Source: Promethearchaeia archaeon (GTDB taxonomy: Archaea > Asgardarchaeota > Lokiarchaeia > Sigyniarchaeales > SOKP01). Taken from it: a stretch of DNA of 64,000 nt. The notes beneath the pieces were generated by a model. The model ran no database searches. It was not told the origin of the DNA and saw only the letters and a program-made list of their open reading frames with translations. The DNA is taken from the NCBI GenBank assembly GCA_029856045.1, contig JAHQWG010000016.1, forward strand, positions 500,328 through 564,327. The letters are read 5' to 3'. The position numbers were made by a program, and so were the translations under genes. Shown here piece after piece: positions 60,588 to 64,000 of the stretch (positions are counted from its first letter, which is position 1; each line of letters begins with the position of its first letter).

Positions 60588-61607
60588 CTATCGCCTTAGA
60601 GCCCTAGGGTTCCGATATAATTTTGTTTCTTGAGCAGAAACATTCAAAGAAATTTTCCCGTCTTTAAGTAATTTTCTAGTTCTTTGTAATTTGTTTTTAA
60701 TTGGGTCCAAAAATTTGAGCATCATTGCAAATAATAATATAATACTCTTTAATGCTTCATTTTCATATGCTTTTTCCTTGTAAAATTTGACAACATACTT
60801 TCCCCCTACATTAACAACTTTCTCATCAATTTTTGCAATCAAATTATCCTGTCCATCAAAAATATCCCAATCACTACCAATAGATAGCACATCTTCATCA
60901 AATGTAAAAATTTCCCATTCCTTTTTCTTCTCATTTATTAAAAGTGGAAATGTATGAATTTCTCCAAATAATCTCTTTGGGAATCGCAGATTTTGCTTAG
61001 CTAAATCAACGATATATTTATAATCTGAAACCATCACTTTAAATTCAGGAAGTGAATATTCTGCACCAAATGTAGCTTTTAAACTATTTAAAACCATTTC
61101 CTCTATCGTACCTTGCCAAGCAATCGAGTCGGAGTCAAACCATTTGATTACTAATCTCTTTTTACAAGGATTATCTTCTTGCTCTTCCCAATCTTTCTTC
61201 ATAAAACCAAAAAATCCCACAGTATCATTATCTTCCTTCACAGAACCACAAAGATCTAAGTTTTTAGGAAATTGACGGGATTTAGCCATAAGTCTCTGTT
61301 TTTGGAATATTCCAATTTCCGGACCGTGTAAATCTGTTAACCAGAAGTCAATTGTAATTTTTTTAAGGTATTTCTTCTTGGCTTTCTTTGGTTTTTCAAC
61401 TTTTTCCTTTTCAATTTTTGTCTCTCCCCTGGTTTCTCCCAATATTTTTTCCTCAATATAAGATTCCAAATCTTCTTCTTTTTTCTTCCTAACTGACTTC
61501 TTCTTTTCATAATCTGGGTTGAGTCTACAATAAGGTAGATGGGAATTCAATCTCCTATATCGCCTTCCACAATACGGACATTTTTCAAGTTCTATAGATT
61601 CAGACAT
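60588..61607 (-). CDS. N-terminal C2HC zinc finger plus C-terminal tubby/LURP-one/scramblase-like domain
   Basis: CPYC-x9-H-x3-C; Lys/Glu linker; LSIGSDWDIFD....IAKIDEK....GGKY.V strand pattern. Confidence 0.65.
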   Translation of the reverse strand: MSESIELEKCPYCGRRYRRLNSHLPYCRLNPDYEKKKSVRKKKEEDLESYIEEKILGETRGETKIEKEKVEKPKKAKKKYLKKITIDFWLTDLHGPEIGIFQKQRLMAKSRQFPKNLDLCGSVKEDNDTVGFFGFMKKDWEEQEDNPCKKRLVIKWFDSDSIAWQGTIEEMVLNSLKATFGAEYSLPEFKVMVSDYKYIVDLAKQNLRFPKRLFGEIHTFPLLINEKKKEWEIFTFDEDVLSIGSDWDIFDGQDNLIAKIDEKVVNVGGKYVVKFYKEKAYENEALKSIILLFAMMLKFLDPIKNKLQRTRKLLKDGKISLNVSAQETKLYRNPRALRR

Positions 61608-61786
61608 AGTTTATTAGTAGGTAATTATGATATAAAAAATTTATTAGATAATGGTTTAATAAAATATAAGATGTTGATTCTTTTGGCAAAACCATGGAAA
61701 ATTAATGGGAATAACCATCTTTAGACTTTCTGTTTATCCAAAAATTGCTTAAAATTAAAAAAAAAATTAAAATAATTTAAGTGGGT

Positions 61787-63175
61787 TTAACGTTTTTCAG
61801 ACATCTTTAGGTAAAAGATTATTATCAATCCTAATCCTATTGTACCAGTTATAAGAACGATTAGTTGAAGTATTGCACTGAGTGCAAGATCTAAAGTTAA
61901 GATATCAAAAATCGTTCCAAAAATATCAACAAGACTAATAATAGTAAACAACAATACAATTGCGTTTATAGAATCATCTACTTTTTCCTTTTGTCTCTGA
62001 AATAGATCTTGAAGAAAGTTTTCAATCATATTTAATTTTTCTTGAAGTTTTTCAAATATTTCAGAAGTGTGCCAACGATCATTTAATTCTTGAAGTAAAT
62101 TTCTTTTTTCAGTATCAAAAGTTATTTTTATTCCACTAAAAGTATCTAAAACTCTGTTAATTGACCTATTAAACTCCCGAATGTTGTATATTGCCCTTTT
62201 AATCCTTTTTAATTTCATTTCTTTAAAATGGAAATTGAACCAAACCACAGCGTAATCGACTAAATTAATTAATATTTCTAAAGATCTCCAATGTGTCTGT
62301 GCAATTTCAATTAAGCGAACATAATCATCGTAAACCTTATAAGTGGTTTGAGAAAATTTACTTTTCTTATTAGATGTAAGGATTATTGAATGGCCCCAAC
62401 CAAAGTAGATATATCTATTATCGTAGATTGAAAAATCATTTACATCCATTTTTTTTGCAGGTGTAACTAAAAATTTAAATGGATCACCCGGATTTTCCAA
62501 CTCAAAAAGGTGATCGTCGTTTATATGATAAATTCGGTGTGTCCAAGGTAATATATGTTCAGATTTTTCATCATCACTAAATGTACTTGGTTCTGGAAAA
62601 AAATCAAATGTAAAATTCGGAATATTTAATTTCTTTATTGTCTGAGCATATTTTAAAGAAATTTTATAACAAATTTCTTCAAAATATTTTTTATATAGTT
62701 TATTTAGCTTTTCCGATATTTTTTCTAATTGTAAAATTTTAATACCTTCCCTCTTTTCAATTTCAACATCTACACTACAGCACCCTACCCCAGCTGTATC
62801 TATATAAAATTTAACATTTGTAAATTTTAAAGAATTCTCAGGAAATATCCCAGCAACTTCTTCTTCTATTGGCATAAAACAATCCTCTGTTTTATCACTA
62901 ATTAGCCAACCCAGAAGATAAGAACCTTCTTTACTTACTGGGGTAAAAACTCCCTTCGCTCTATGAAGTTTTTCTGTAGTTTTAGCTTCCCATTGAATTT
63001 TGTATTGTTTGCCGTTTATATTTATCGGAATTTTACCAATTTCTTCAATAATTCGATTCTTTAAGAAAGAATCGTATTTAAATCTAATCTCATCAACATC
63101 TAAAAAAACAAATGTGTTAAAAGGAGCAAATATATATTCTGTAATTTTCTGAAATTTCATATTATTATCATTCAT
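61787..63175 (-). CDS. Large soluble domain plus helical stalk and two C-terminal TM helices (CorA-like architecture)
   Basis: Long helical region with W...L..KL...L, then two TM segments; no GMN motif. Confidence 0.65.
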   Translation of the reverse strand: MNDNNMKFQKITEYIFAPFNTFVFLDVDEIRFKYDSFLKNRIIEEIGKIPININGKQYKIQWEAKTTEKLHRAKGVFTPVSKEGSYLLGWLISDKTEDCFMPIEEEVAGIFPENSLKFTNVKFYIDTAGVGCCSVDVEIEKREGIKILQLEKISEKLNKLYKKYFEEICYKISLKYAQTIKKLNIPNFTFDFFPEPSTFSDDEKSEHILPWTHRIYHINDDHLFELENPGDPFKFLVTPAKKMDVNDFSIYDNRYIYFGWGHSIILTSNKKSKFSQTTYKVYDDYVRLIEIAQTHWRSLEILINLVDYAVVWFNFHFKEMKLKRIKRAIYNIREFNRSINRVLDTFSGIKITFDTEKRNLLQELNDRWHTSEIFEKLQEKLNMIENFLQDLFQRQKEKVDDSINAIVLLFTIISLVDIFGTIFDILTLDLALSAILQLIVLITGTIGLGLIIIFYLKMSEKR

Positions 63176-63291
63176 TTCTTTAAGCCTTTAAACAGTAATA
63201 CAGGGAAAAAAGATAAAAAAATTATTTTGTTTAATTTTTGCACTATTTTTAACTTTTCTAATTTAAATTTAATAATGCTTTAATAGAAAAT

Positions 63292-64000
63292 ATGGCTGGA
63301 AATTCTATAGGTACTATTTTTAAAATCACCTCATTTGGAGAAAGTCATGGCGAACTAATTGGCGTAATTATAGATGGCTGCCCTACTGGCTTGAAAATCA
63401 GTAAAGAGCTAATTCAGAAAGAATTGGAAAGAAGGCGTCCCGGTCAATCGGAGTTAACAACATCCCGTTCCGAAGAAGATGAAGTCGAAATACTTTCGGG
63501 TATATTTAATAATTTTACAACTGGTGCCCCCATCTGCCTAATTGTCAAAAATAAAGATGTAGATTCTTCTAAATATGAGAAAATGAAGAATATATTGAGA
63601 CCATCTCATGCAGACTTTTCTAGATTGATGCGATATGGTGATTTTGCGGATTATCGCGGCGGGGGGCGATTTTCCGGAAGAATAACAGCGGGTTTTGTAA
63701 TGGCGGGAGCCATAGCAAAACAAATATTATCTTTAAATAATATCGAAATTATCGCTTATACTATAGAAATTGGTGGAATTATAGATAATAAAGAATATGA
63801 TCTCAAAAAGTTAAAAATTCTTAGGGATAAATCTGATGTTGGGGTGTTGGATAGTGATAATTCTCAGAAAATCAGTGAATTAATTCTTCAAATGAAAGAG
63901 GAAAAGAATTCAGTAGGAGGTATTGTAAAATGTATCGTGGATAATTTTCCTGCCGGTGTAGGTGAACCAATTTTCAATAATCTCCAATCTGCTATAAGTA
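63292..64000 (+). CDS. aroC: Chorismate synthase (runs off window end)
   Basis: Not in the ORF track. MAGNSIG...TSFGESHG...IDGCP.G...RRRPGQS...RPSHAD...RGGGRFSGRIT. Confidence 0.96.
   Translation, partial: MAGNSIGTIFKITSFGESHGELIGVIIDGCPTGLKISKELIQKELERRRPGQSELTTSRSEEDEVEILSGIFNNFTTGAPICLIVKNKDVDSSKYEKMKNILRPSHADFSRLMRYGDFADYRGGGRFSGRITAGFVMAGAIAKQILSLNNIEIIAYTIEIGGIIDNKEYDLKKLKILRDKSDVGVLDSDNSQKISELILQMKEEKNSVGGIVKCIVDNFPAGVGEPIFNNLQSAIS

Noticed and set aside
63538-63723. 61-aa minus-strand ORF
   Set aside because: Antisense to aroC.
1-64000. tRNA, rRNA, CRISPR array, transposase/integrase, replication origin
   Set aside because: No GC-rich structured intergenic segment, repeat-spacer array, recombinase motif, ORB box or cdc6 was seen by eye; small ncRNAs cannot be excluded without a covariance search.

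Overview
AT-rich archaeal chromosome segment, most likely from an Asgard archaeon (Lokiarchaeia-like). Support: a Rag-type small GTPase, a WD40 protein, a thermosome, the rpoD-rpl18e-rpl13-rps9 block and GGTGA/GGAGG ribosome-binding sites. About 55 CDS: cdc48/hsp20, an orphan N6-adenine methyltransferase, a two-gene class I chelatase (chlD-type plus chlH/cobN-type), an accessory zone at ~13.4-28.4 kb, an hdrA(-mvhD)-hdrC-hdrB cluster flanked by two metV-metF pairs plus a third degenerate metF, PEPCK, thermosome, TrpRS, trmI, glyA, aroA and aroC. I saw no rRNA, tRNA, CRISPR array, integrase or transposase. The main structure the gene list does not explain is in the accessory zone. At two separate convergent gene junctions, cargo genes sit between direct repeats built from the 3' ends of the flanking genes. 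Other leads: three genes that appear to start at ATA or ATC, slippery A-runs that could yield a ChlI subunit from chlD, a perfect operator-like inverted repeat in front of hsp20-cdc48, a stand-alone Cdc48 N-domain protein, and a zinc-finger/tubby-like protein next to a CorA-like gene. Family calls come from motif recognition, and identities and GC values are hand counts.
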